A stretch of 64,000 bases of DNA, taken from NCBI GenBank assembly GCA_963823665.1, contig CAWGMQ010000004.1, positions 2,688,001 through 2,752,000 on the forward strand, read 5' to 3'. The translations under genes were made by a program, and so were the position numbers. The stretch is from an uncultured Planctomycetota bacterium. Lineage in GTDB: Bacteria; Planctomycetota; Planctomycetia; Isosphaerales; Isosphaeraceae. Below, in pieces: positions 49,801 to 60,260 of the stretch. The notes beneath the pieces are model-generated. The model searched no databases. It was not told the DNA's origin and saw only the letters and a list, made by a program, of their open reading frames with translations. Positions within the stretch are counted from its first letter, which is position 1; each line of letters begins with the position of its first letter.

Positions 49801-52800
49801 AACTCTCCGATCGCGTTGCCTTGGATCAGATCGCCTACGTTGTCCGGATCAGGAACGGAAACACCGATGCCGAAACCCTCGATGGCGAGTCCGCGAATCA
49901 CACTCTGCGAAGTGTCCAGAACCAGTCCGGTTGACCCGCCGGTCTGGTTGCCGTTCAAAATCACCCGGATTTGCGCATTGTCTCCATCGATTGCTGCGGT
50001 CGTATTGGTGACCGATGATATCAGCATTGGGTTACCGATCAGTGCTCCGCCGGCAGTGACCGTCTGGACATGTATGTTCGCGTTCGACCCCCCGGTGAGA
50101 TCGTTGGAGGCGATGAGATTCGGAATGGCTTCGTCCGCGTCGGCTCCCTGAAATGCTATCGCGAACGTGCCCGGAAGTGACTCCGTGACTGAAACGTTGG
50201 CATTTCCGAGCACAAGGGCGAGCGCCTGCTGGACCTCGTCGGCCGACGCCGAATAGGAAATGGGAGGCGTCGTGCCTACTGGCAGAGGCGCCAATGTGGA
50301 GAGGGTGAAGGTGCCGCCGGTGGGCTCTCCGCCGATGGTCAGATCCTGGACCGCCGAGCTGACCTGGTCGGGGTAGCGGTAAGGCACCGCGACATTGGCC
50401 TGGGTGAACCCGTCAATCGACACCGGATGCGTGATCGCTGGTAGCGGGCTGTCGAGCGAGATCGTCCAGATCTGGTTGACCGGGTCGAATCCGGGAACGG
50501 GAATGTTCTCGTTCCCGGCTGTCGACGCGGGGATCTCGAAGACGATGTCGTCAACTCCGGGATTGGGGTCGTCGTTTGCGGCGGTGATCGCGTCGCGCAG
50601 GGTTCCCGGGCCTGAATCACCCGTGTTGGTGACGACGAAGGTGAGCGGATTTCCGGTGGAGTTGTTGATGATGGTGAGAGTGGCGAGAGCGATCGAGCCC
50701 AGGGTGGCGCCGCCAGCGGGCTGGCTCAAGGTCAGGTTGACGGTGGAAAAAGTGGTTGGGCGGTTGGGGTTGGGCAGGATTGGGATCGAGAAGGTTGCGT
50801 CGGTCTGATCGGGCGCGAACGAGACGATGCCGGAGACGGCGGAGTAATCCTGTCCGGCAACCGCTGAGCCGCTGGAGGTGGCATAGCCGATCGAGACGGC
50901 CACGGCGAGGTTGCCGGAGCGCTGGATGTCGATCGAGGCTGTTCCAGCCGTGGACTGGACGGTGGGAGCGGCGTTCGCGAACGAGATGGTGACGGCTTGC
51001 GCAGCGACTGCGTTGGAGAATCCGGAGGAATCGCCGGTGGATTGGTTGGTCGCGGTGAGCGTCATGAAGGTGCCGACGGCCAGGCCGCTCGCGACGGTGA
51101 AGTTGATGGTCGCGGTGCCAGTGGCGCCGGTTGTCACAACGGTTGAGCCCAAGAACGTCTGCCCCTGGCCCACTCCAGACGGGTCTGGAATCGCGCTGCT
51201 GAAAAACTGGATCAGAAAGCTCGTATCAGCGACGCTCGTGAGCGAGCCCTGGACGTTACTCCCGGTGCCGCCACCCGCGACTCCGGTGACGGTTGGAGCG
51301 CTTTGCATGTGGTTGCCATTTTCGAGCGCGATTCCTTGCTGTCCGTTGAACGCGATGCCGTTCGAGAGGATTGAATCGCCCGTTCCCGATTCGACGAGCA
51401 CGCCCGCTTCAACGTTAAAGCCGATCACATTTCCCTGTCCGCCGCCTGTGCCGCCGATCGTGTTGTTCGAGGCGTTTGAGCTAAGGAGGACTCCGTTGAT
51501 TTCATTGCCAAGCGGGGCAGTGCCGCTCGAATCCGTGCCGACGTAGTTCCCTTCAATCAAGTTGCCGCTCGCGGCGGCGCCGTCGATTTGAATGCCACAC
51601 TGATTGGCGGAAATCACGTTGCGTGCCGCCGCCGTGGTGCCGCCGACCGTGTTGTTCGGGGCCCCTTCGATCAAGATGCCTTGGTTCGAGTTGCCAAGGT
51701 CGGCCGTGCCCGACTTGTTGGTGCCGATCAGGTTGCCCTCAATCAGGTTCCCAGTCGACGTGGCGCCGTCGATCTCGATTCCCGCGAGGTTGCCGGAAAT
51801 CACCTGCACTCCCAGGTTGTCGGCTTCAATCGTGTTCCCGGCCGAGTTGACAATTTGAATTCCGTCCTCGGCATTACCCAGATCGGCGATTCCTGTGGAA
51901 TCCGTGCCGATCAGGTTGTCTCGAACAATCACGCCGGTTGCCGTTGCACCCGAGATCAAGATTCCTGTCAGGTTGTCGGATATGACGTTGCCCGGTCCGA
52001 TCAGCGTTCCGGGCGAATAGTCGGCCACGCCGGCGCCGACGTTGCCCAGCACGGCGCTGCCGTCGGCGGTCAGTCCGATGATGTTGTTTTCAATCGAGTT
52101 GCCCAGACCATCGGCCCCCGTCACATAGACTCCAGCTCCTTTGTTCGACGAGATCACGTTGCCGTCGGAGTTTGCGGGCCCACCGACCTGATTGTCCGGC
52201 GCGTCGTCGATCCGCACCCCGTCGAGTGAATTGCCCGGCTGGCCGTTGCCGAAGACGTAGCCGCCTCCGGGGGCCGCCCCGATGTAATTTGCCTCGACGA
52301 GATTTCGCGTGGCACCGACGCCGACCAGGAGAACTCCGTAACCGTGATTGGCTGAAATGACATTGCCCGCGCCGGAGGCGGCGCCACCGATGACATTGCT
52401 CGACGCATAGACGATGCCGGCAGGGTTGGCAGCCGAGCCCGTCGATTCGACGTCGACCCCGTCTGCGCCGTTGCCGTCGGTGAAATAAACGCCACTCGCC
52501 GCGGGCCCGATGACCCCAATCTGGTTTCCGAGCACCTGATTTCCCGATGCGCCAGGCTCGATCAAGACACCTTGCGCACCGTTGCCGCCGATCACGTTGG
52601 CGTCTTGGGGCTCAGTGCCGCCGACCGTCGCGTTGGCGCAGCCGAGCAGAATCCCTTCCTGAGTGTTTCCCTGCCCGGCCAGAGCGACCGAGTTGGGCGG
52701 CGGAAGCGCGGTGCCCGCGAGCGGGTCGACCGGGTAGACCAGGTATTCTCCGATCGCGTTTCCCTGGATCAGATCGCCGACATTCAAAGGCCCTGGAATC

Positions 52801-55800
52801 GAGACACCGACACCGAATCCCTCGATGGCCAGACCGCGAATGAGGCTCTCCGAAGTGTCGAGCTCGAGCCCGGTCGCGCCGCCGGTCTGGCTTCCGTCCA
52901 GGATCACGCGAATCTGGGCATTATTGCCGTCGATGGCAGCGGTTGTATCGGGGACCGACGAGATCAACGTTGGAGAGCCGATCGGTACGCCGCCGATCGT
53001 GACGGTCTCGATCTGGATGGTCGGCGTGAGTCCTCCGGATAGGTCATTCGCGGCGATCAGATTGGGAATCGCTTCGTCCGCATCGGCGCCCTGAAACGTG
53101 ATCGCGAGCGTACCCGGCGTCGTCTGGATGACCGAGACACTGCTTGACCCCAGGATCGTGTCGAGCGCTTGCTGCACTTGCGCGGCGGTCGCGGTGAACG
53201 GGATCGGCGGTGTTGTGCCGATGGGCAGAGGCGCCAGCGTCGAGAGGCTGAACGTGCCGCCGGTCGGTTGCCCGCCGATGGTCAGATCTTGCGTTGCCGA
53301 GGTGACTTGATCCGGGTACCGGTAGGGCACCGCGATATTGGCCTCGGTGAACCCGTCGATCGAGACCGGATGGGTGATCGCTGGTAGCGGGCTGTCGAGC
53401 GAGATCGTCCAGACCTGGTTGACGGGGTCGAATCCGGGAACGGGAATGTTCTCGTTCCCGGCCGTCGACGCGGGGATCTCGAAGACGATGTCGTCAACTC
53501 CGGGATTGGGATCGTTGTTTGCGGCGCTGATCGCGTCGCGCAGGGTTCCCGGGCCTGAATCACCCGTGTTGGTGACGACGAAGGTGAGCGGATTTCCGGT
53601 GGAGTTGTTGATGATGGTGAGAGTGGCGAGAGCGATCGAGCCCAGGGTGGCGCCGCCGGCAGGCAGGCTCAAGGTCAGGTTGACGGTGGAAAAAGTGGTT
53701 GGGCGGTTGGGGTTGGGCAGGATTGGGATCGAGAAGGTTGCGTCGGTCTGATCGGGCGCGAACGTGACGACGCCGGAGACAGCAGAGTAATCCTGTCCGG
53801 CCACCGCGGAGCCGTTCGAGGTGGCATAGCCGATCGAGACGGCCACGGCGAGGTTGCCGGAGCGCTGGATGTCGATCGAGGCCGAGCCGGCGGTGGATTG
53901 GACCGTGGGAGCGGCGTTCGCGAACGAGATGGTGACGGCCTGGGCAGCGACTGCGTTGGAGAATCCGGAGGAATCGCCGGTGGATTGGTTGGTCGCGGTG
54001 AGCGTCATGAAGGTGCCGACGGCCAGGCCGCTCGCGACGGTGAAGTTGATGGTCGCGGTGCCACCGGCGCCGGTTGTCACGACGGTTGATCCCAAGAACG
54101 TCTGCCCCTGGCCCACTCCGGATGGATCCGCGATCAGGCTGCTAAAGAACTGGATGAGGAAGCTGGTATCGGGCAGGCTCGCCAGCGAGCCGACGACGTT
54201 ACTCCCCGTTCCCCCGCCGGCGACGCCGGTCACGGTGGGCGCAGCTTGTAGATCGTTGCCGCTTTCCAGTGCAATCCCCTGCTGTCCGTTCGACACGATG
54301 CTGTTCGATAGGATCGAGTCACCGGTTCCTGACTCGACCAGGACCCCAGCCTGGACGTTGTAAGCGATCACATTTCCTTGACCTCCGCCCGTGCCGCCGA
54401 TCGTGTTGTTGGATGCGCTATTCGTCAGGAGAATTCCGTTGATCTCGTTCCCAAGCGGGTTATTGCTGGTGATGTCCGTGCCAACGTAATTTCCTTCGAT
54501 CAAGTTGCCAGTGGCGGTGGCGCCGTCGATCTGAATGCCCCACTGATTGGCGGAAATCAAATTGCGTGCCGCTGCGGTCGTGCCCCCGACCGTGTTATTG
54601 ACAGCGCCTTCGATCAAGATTCCCTGGTTCGAGTTGCCCCGGTCGGCTGTGCCCGACTTGTCGGTGCCGATCAAGTTGTCCTGAATCAGGTTTTCGGTCG
54701 ATGTCACGCCGTCGATTTCAATTCCAGCCAGGTTGCCTGAAATCACCTGTGTGCCGAGGTTGTCGCCTTCGATTGTGTTTCCCGAGGAGTTAACGATCTG
54801 AATTCCGTCCTCGGTGTTTCCCAGGTCGCCGCTCCCCGTAGAATCGGTGCCGATCAAGTTGTCGCGAACGATCACACCAGTCGCCGTGGCTCCCGAGATC
54901 AAGATGCCGATCAGGTTGTCGGATATCACGTTGCCAGGGCCGATCGATGTGCCGGGAGAAAAGTTGGCGACGCCCGCGCCGTCGTTGCCCAGCACGGCTG
55001 TTCCGGCCGAGGTGAGCCCGATGATGTTGTTCTCGACGGAATTGCCGGCCGCGTCCGCGCCGGTGACGTAAACCCCGGCCCCCTGGTTCGAGGAAATCAC
55101 GTTGCCGTCAGAGGCGACGGGGCCGCCAATCTGGTTGTCGGGCGCATCGTCCAGTCGCACGCCGTCGGCCGAGTTTCCTGGATTGCCGGTTCCGAAGACG
55201 TAGCCGCCCCCGGGAGCAATGCCGATATAGTTGGCTTCGACCAGGTTCCGCGTCGCGCCCACGCCGCTCAAGTGAACGCCATACCCGTTGTTGACCGAGA
55301 TCACATTTCCCGAGCCTGCAACCGCACCGCCGATCACGTTGCTCGAGGAATAGACGATGCCCGACGGGTCGGCCGCCGTGCCCGAGGACTGGATCCACAC
55401 CCCGTCAGCGCCGTTGCCGAGCTGGAAATAAAGCCCGTTCGTCGACGGCCCGATGACTCCGATCTGGTTTCCGAGAATCTGATTGCCGGAGCTTCCCGGC
55501 ATCATCAAGATTCCTTGCTCACCATTGCCGGAAATCACGTTGTTCTCATCCGGGTTATAGCCGCCCACCGTCGCGTTGGCCGAGTCGAGCAGGATTCCTT
55601 CCTGGCTGTTTCCCGCCCCGGCCAGAGTCACCGTGGCCGGCGCAGGCAGCGGGTCACCGGTGCCCTGGTCGACGGGGTAAGCCAGATAGGGGCCGATGAA
55701 GTTGCCCTGGATGATATCGCCCACGTCGGTCGGCTGCGGAATCGAGATACCGATGCCGAAACCCTCGATGGCGAGGCCGCGGATGACGCTCTGCGACGTG

Positions 55801-56644
55801 TCAAGCACGAGCCCGGTTGCGCCTCCGGTCTGGCTTCCGTCCAGGATCAACCGGACCTGTGCGTTGTTGCCGTCGATCGCCGCCAAGGTGTTGGGCGCTG
55901 AAGTGATCTCGCTCGGCACCGAAAGAGAACCCGGCCGTTTCGGTTTCCACGTCGACGCTTGGGGTTGTTCCTCCCACCAGACTGGCATTCGGCAAGAGAT
56001 TCGGGACCGGCTCTCCTGCGTAAGCCCCTTGAAATGCGATCAACAGCGTATCCTGCGGTAGATTCCCGCCGCTGACTGCAACGTTGCCTGCACCGACGAT
56101 CGCCTCGAGGGCAGCCTGCACCTGAGCCTCGGTCGCTGTGATCGGAAGCGCGGCGGTCGTGCCGATGGGAAGGGGCGCCGACGTGGTCAACGTGAACGTG
56201 CCGCCAGTCGGTGCCGCCGAGGACGGTTAGCGTCTGCACCGCCGACGTGATCTCGTCAGAATAGCGATAGGGCACGTCATCATGCGCTTGCGAGAAGCCG
56301 TCGATCGAGATCGGATGGGTGATCACCGGTAAAGGACTATTGAGCGTGATCGTCCATGTTTGGTTAACGGGATCAAAGCCCGGCACCGGCACATTCAGCT
56401 CCGGCGCGGTCGAGGCCGGGATGTTGAAGACGATGTCGAATGGGTCCGGATCCGCGTCCTGGTTCGCGGCCAGGATCGCCGAGCGCAACGTCCCGGCGGC
56501 CGTCGAGTCGTCCGTCACGTTCACAACGTAAGGTTGCGACGCCAGCAACTGCCGTGATTCGAGCTTTTCGAGCCCGGGCGTCATGCGCCGTGCCTGTGCG
56601 AATCGGCGGGCCAACCTCATACGGCGGCGTGACGGGCGAAACAT
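46867..56644 (-). CDS. Giant exported surface protein (~3200 aa) with beta-helix repeats and Calx-beta-like domains; frameshifts near 56210, 55900-55990, 49760 and 49100
   Basis: N-terminal LEKLESRQLLA motif; repeated NxIxGNxIGT / NVISGN; V.YATSNGSAVAGQDY Calx-beta; collinear ORFs 55847-56644, 55801-56190, 49578-55988, 48971-49744, 46867-49098. Confidence 0.85.
47700..56530. repeat. Three tandem ~2.94-kb internal modules
   Basis: Near-identical blocks offset by 2943 bp (e.g. 50339-50620 vs 53282-53563, 50911 vs 53854). Confidence 0.85.
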
Positions 56645-56973
56645 GGAGATGGCTCATCCTGCGCATGTGTCAGCGGGCATGGACCTTCCGTGGCGCACGC
56701 CGAGCCGACCGAAAATCCGGACCCTCCGGCCTTGATCGTTCATTGCCGCGCTTGAGGCGCGAACTTCGAGGCTTCTGGAAGAAGCTTAGGACAGATCGCG
56801 GGCACCGGTTTCCGGATCCGGCCGAATTCGAATTCCCCGAGCGCAGAGTAGGTTAGACTCTACTTAGCACGGACTCACGCTCGGCGGTGGTTTGCCCGCG
56901 CCCTGGTTTCGAAAAAGCAGACGGCGCCAACCCGATCCACGTGGCCGCTCTCTACCAACCTTGAGGTGCATCG

Positions 56974-57963
56974 ATGAGTGAACGGCTAAGGCGCCGGCCC
57001 GTGGCGGCGCTGGCCCTTGTTGTTTTGCTGTGTCTGGCCGGTTTGCGAAGCTGGGGTCGATCGTTCGGGCTTTTCAAGCCGACCAAGCCGGCAACCGATT
57101 TGACGGAGCTTCGGTATGGTCCGCACGAGCGCAACGTGCTCGATCTGTGGAAAGCAAAGCCGCAACCTGGGCGCCCCAACGGCCCGAGTCCGCTCGTCGT
57201 TTACTTCCACGGCGGTGGTTTTCGCGGCGGCGACAAGTCGAGCGTGCCCGCATGGCTGGTGCGCGACTGCCTGGATGAGGGGATCTCGATCGCGTCGGCC
57301 AATTATCGGCTGTCGCAGACCGCCACGTTTCCCGCGCCGATGCTCGACGGTGCTCGCGCCATCCAGTTTCTGCGGCACAACGCGGTTGAGCTGGGAATCA
57401 ATCCGGATCGCATCGCCGCGTCGGGAAGCTCGGCCGGCGCCGGGATTGCGCTCTGGGTCGCGTTTCACGACGATCTGGCTGACTCCAAGAGCAATGACCC
57501 GGTTGCCCGGCGGTCGTCGCGTGTTTGCTGCGTGGGGGTTGACGGTGCCCAGACTTCGTATGACCCGCGGTTCATCAAGACCCACATCGGCGGCCGTGCC
57601 CACGAGCATTCGGCACTCCGCGAGTTCTACGGCATCAAGTCGGACGCCGAGCTGGACTTGCCGCGGATTCACAAACTCTTTGAAGAGGCCTCGCCGATCA
57701 ATTACGTTACCTCGGACGACCCCTCGGTGATCTTGTTTTACGCCGAGCCCGATAAACCCCTTCCGCCTGACGCGAAACCCGGCCAGGGCATTCATCACCC
57801 GCGCTTCGGCAAGGTGCTCAAATCCAAGCTCGACACGCTCGGCATTGAATGCATCATGCGGCACTGGGGCGACTATCCCAGTCAGGAAGATCCCGTCGAA
57901 GATATGTGCCGCGACATGACCGGCTTCTTTGCGCGGCAGTTCCAGGCCAGGCGCTCGAGATAA
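56974..57963 (+). CDS. Exported alpha/beta hydrolase (HSL-like esterase)
   Basis: Signal-like N-terminus, YFHGGGF, ANYRL, SGSSAG, IHHPRFG. Confidence 0.9.
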   Translation: MSERLRRRPVAALALVVLLCLAGLRSWGRSFGLFKPTKPATDLTELRYGPHERNVLDLWKAKPQPGRPNGPSPLVVYFHGGGFRGGDKSSVPAWLVRDCLDEGISIASANYRLSQTATFPAPMLDGARAIQFLRHNAVELGINPDRIAASGSSAGAGIALWVAFHDDLADSKSNDPVARRSSRVCCVGVDGAQTSYDPRFIKTHIGGRAHEHSALREFYGIKSDAELDLPRIHKLFEEASPINYVTSDDPSVILFYAEPDKPLPPDAKPGQGIHHPRFGKVLKSKLDTLGIECIMRHWGDYPSQEDPVEDMCRDMTGFFARQFQARRSR

Positions 57964-58105
57964 AGCCGTTCGTGCACGCAGAATCGCTCGTTCCCATGCT
58001 CCACATGGCAACAGCCTTGGTGCCGCTCCGCGTCGTGCTCACTGTGAAGAGGAGGGACCGAGGCAGTCGCCGGCCAGGTGCCCGACGACCACCTCGCGCC
58101 GCGGT

Positions 58106-59728
58106 TCAGGAAATCTTGATGCCGCCCAGACCGTTGTTGAGCAGCGTGTTGCCCGTCAGAACGGTATCGGTGCCGTCGTTCACGAAGATGCCCCAGCCTG
58201 CGTTCGAGTCGATCGTGCAGTTGATCACCGACGTGTGCGCCGTGTCGACGATCGAGACGCCGTCACCCGGGCTGCCTGCCTGCGGGCCGAAGCCGTTGGA
58301 GTCGATTGTGTCGGCTTCCACCAGGTTGCCGTTGCCTGCGTCGTTCAGCGCGACGCCGCGGTGGTCGTTGCCGGAGATGGTGTTGCCCGCTCCGGAGGCC
58401 GTCCCACCTATGGTGTTTTTGGACGAACCGCCGTCGACCATCACGCCGTCGAGAGCGTTCGGCACGGCGCTGGTGTTCGTGGAATTCATGCCGATCACGT
58501 TGCCCTCGACCATGGTCCCTGTTGAACATCCTGTGAGGTGCACACCGTCCTCCAGGTTGCCTGAAATGGTGTTGCCGGATCCGGCGGTGGTTCCCCCGAT
58601 TGTGTTATTGAACGAATTGCCATCGATCAGCACGCCGCTATCGTCATTGGGCACGGCCGCGGTGCCCGCCGCGTTGGTGCCGATCAAGTTTCCTTCGACC
58701 AGATTGGCCGACGAGCCGCCGCTGATGTGCACACCGCGGAGCTCGTTGCCGGAGAGGACGTTGCCCGTTCCCGCGGTCGTTCCACCGATCGTGTTGTTCT
58801 CCGAGCCGCCATCGATCAGCACCCCGCTATCCTCGTTCGGTACGGCTCGATTGCCCGCGGCATTGGTGCCGATAAAGTTTCCCTCGACCAGGTTGCCGGA
58901 CGATCCTCCAGAAATGTGCACGCCGCGAAGATCGTTGCCCGAAAGGACGTTGCGAGCACACGCGGTGGTGCCGCCGATCAGGTTGTTGTCGGCCCCGTTA
59001 TCGAGATAGACGCCGCTATCGCCGTTACCCATGGCGGCCGTCCCTGTCGCGTTTGTGCCAATCCAGTTTCCTTGAACGACAATGTCGTCGGCGCCGCTCA
59101 ACACAACTCCGTGGGCCTGGTTGCCTGAGATCAGGTTGCCGGCATCGCTTGTCGTTCCTCCCACGGTATCGTGCGACGAGCTGCCCGAAATCACGACGCC
59201 GTTGCCGCCGTTCCCGGCCTTGCTACCCGTTGCGTTGACCCCGATGTAGTCATCAGCAATCACGTCTCCTGAGGCCGAAACGACGTCCACGCCATCGCCG
59301 CCAAAGTTCACGATGGCCAGGCCTTTGACCTTGCTGTTGGAAGCTGTGAGCTTCAGACCCACGGCAGACGCGCTCGCGCAATTGCCGTTGAGCACAATCC
59401 GGGGCGCCGCACCCGTGCCGGGCTGGGTGTTGCCGTCAATCACGACGGGATTGGAGATCGCCGGCAACGCCGACTGAAGCGCGATGGTCTCGGTACCGCC
59501 GGAGCCGATGTTGAAGTCGATGGCGTTCACCGCCGACCCCGTCGTGGCGTTCGACGAGACGATGGCCTGGCGCAGGCTGCCGGTGCCGCTGTCATTGGTG
59601 TTGGTGACGGTGAACGTGCTGAGGAGTTGCCGGCCCTCGAGTCCTTCGAGGAACGGTTGACCCCGGCGATTCTGCCGGCGACGGGTGATTCGGTTGATTT
59701 GACGTCCGGAAAACCAGAAGGTGGTCAT
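58106..59728 (-). CDS. Exported right-handed beta-helix repeat protein
   Basis: LEGLEGRQLLSTFTVTNTNDSGTGSLRQAI; repeated N.IGGTT.G.GNV.SGN; GGAG RBS. Confidence 0.88.
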   Translation of the reverse strand: MTTFWFSGRQINRITRRRQNRRGQPFLEGLEGRQLLSTFTVTNTNDSGTGSLRQAIVSSNATTGSAVNAIDFNIGSGGTETIALQSALPAISNPVVIDGNTQPGTGAAPRIVLNGNCASASAVGLKLTASNSKVKGLAIVNFGGDGVDVVSASGDVIADDYIGVNATGSKAGNGGNGVVISGSSSHDTVGGTTSDAGNLISGNQAHGVVLSGADDIVVQGNWIGTNATGTAAMGNGDSGVYLDNGADNNLIGGTTACARNVLSGNDLRGVHISGGSSGNLVEGNFIGTNAAGNRAVPNEDSGVLIDGGSENNTIGGTTAGTGNVLSGNELRGVHISGGSSANLVEGNLIGTNAAGTAAVPNDDSGVLIDGNSFNNTIGGTTAGSGNTISGNLEDGVHLTGCSTGTMVEGNVIGMNSTNTSAVPNALDGVMVDGGSSKNTIGGTASGAGNTISGNDHRGVALNDAGNGNLVEADTIDSNGFGPQAGSPGDGVSIVDTAHTSVINCTIDSNAGWGIFVNDGTDTVLTGNTLLNNGLGGIKIS

Positions 59729-59928
59729 GGCGCTCGTCTCCACTCGGGCGCGGAGCGCGAGCCGGCAACCCGGGCACCGCCCGGATCTCACTCCCGCTCG
59801 CACTCCGGCCTCGTTCCCTTGTTCCCCGAGCCTCGCACTCTCGCGGCCCGGATGTTTCTCTAATCAGGAGAGAAGCAAACGGAATGATTCGTGACGTTTG
59901 AACGGGCGATTCTTTTGCGAGTCGAAGC

Positions 59929-60072
59929 GGAAGGGCGGCGTTGATGCAGAGGAGACCTGCGGTCGCAAGCGGGGCGGGGTCGGAGACCCGCGCCCAACAT
60001 GGGAAGGGCGGCGTTGATGCAGAGGAGACCTGCGGTCGCAAGCGGGGCGGGGTCGGAGACCCGCGCCCAACA
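59929..60072. repeat. Two exact 71-bp direct repeats (period 73), REP/MITE-like
   Basis: GGAAGGGCGGCGTTGATGCAGAGGAGACCTGCGGTCGCAAGCGGGGCGGGGTCGGAGACCCGCGCCCAACA at 59929-59999 and 60002-60072. Confidence 0.9.
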
Positions 60073-60260
60073 GCCGAGACCACACGAGCGAGAGTCCGCC
60101 GACGATAATAACCCAAAGCCAGCGAGGTTTGCGGTGATTGACATCGCACCCGGTTGGGCACCGTTGCTCCTTCACGCCGCGCCAGGAAGATTGTTGTCCG
60201 GTGGATCGTCCGGCCGGGCAGTACAATCAGATGACGAAGGCATCGGGCTGAGGAGGCGGC

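Noticed and set aside
59929..60072. CRISPR repeat pair
   Set aside because: 71-bp units with a 2-bp gap, no spacers, no cas genes
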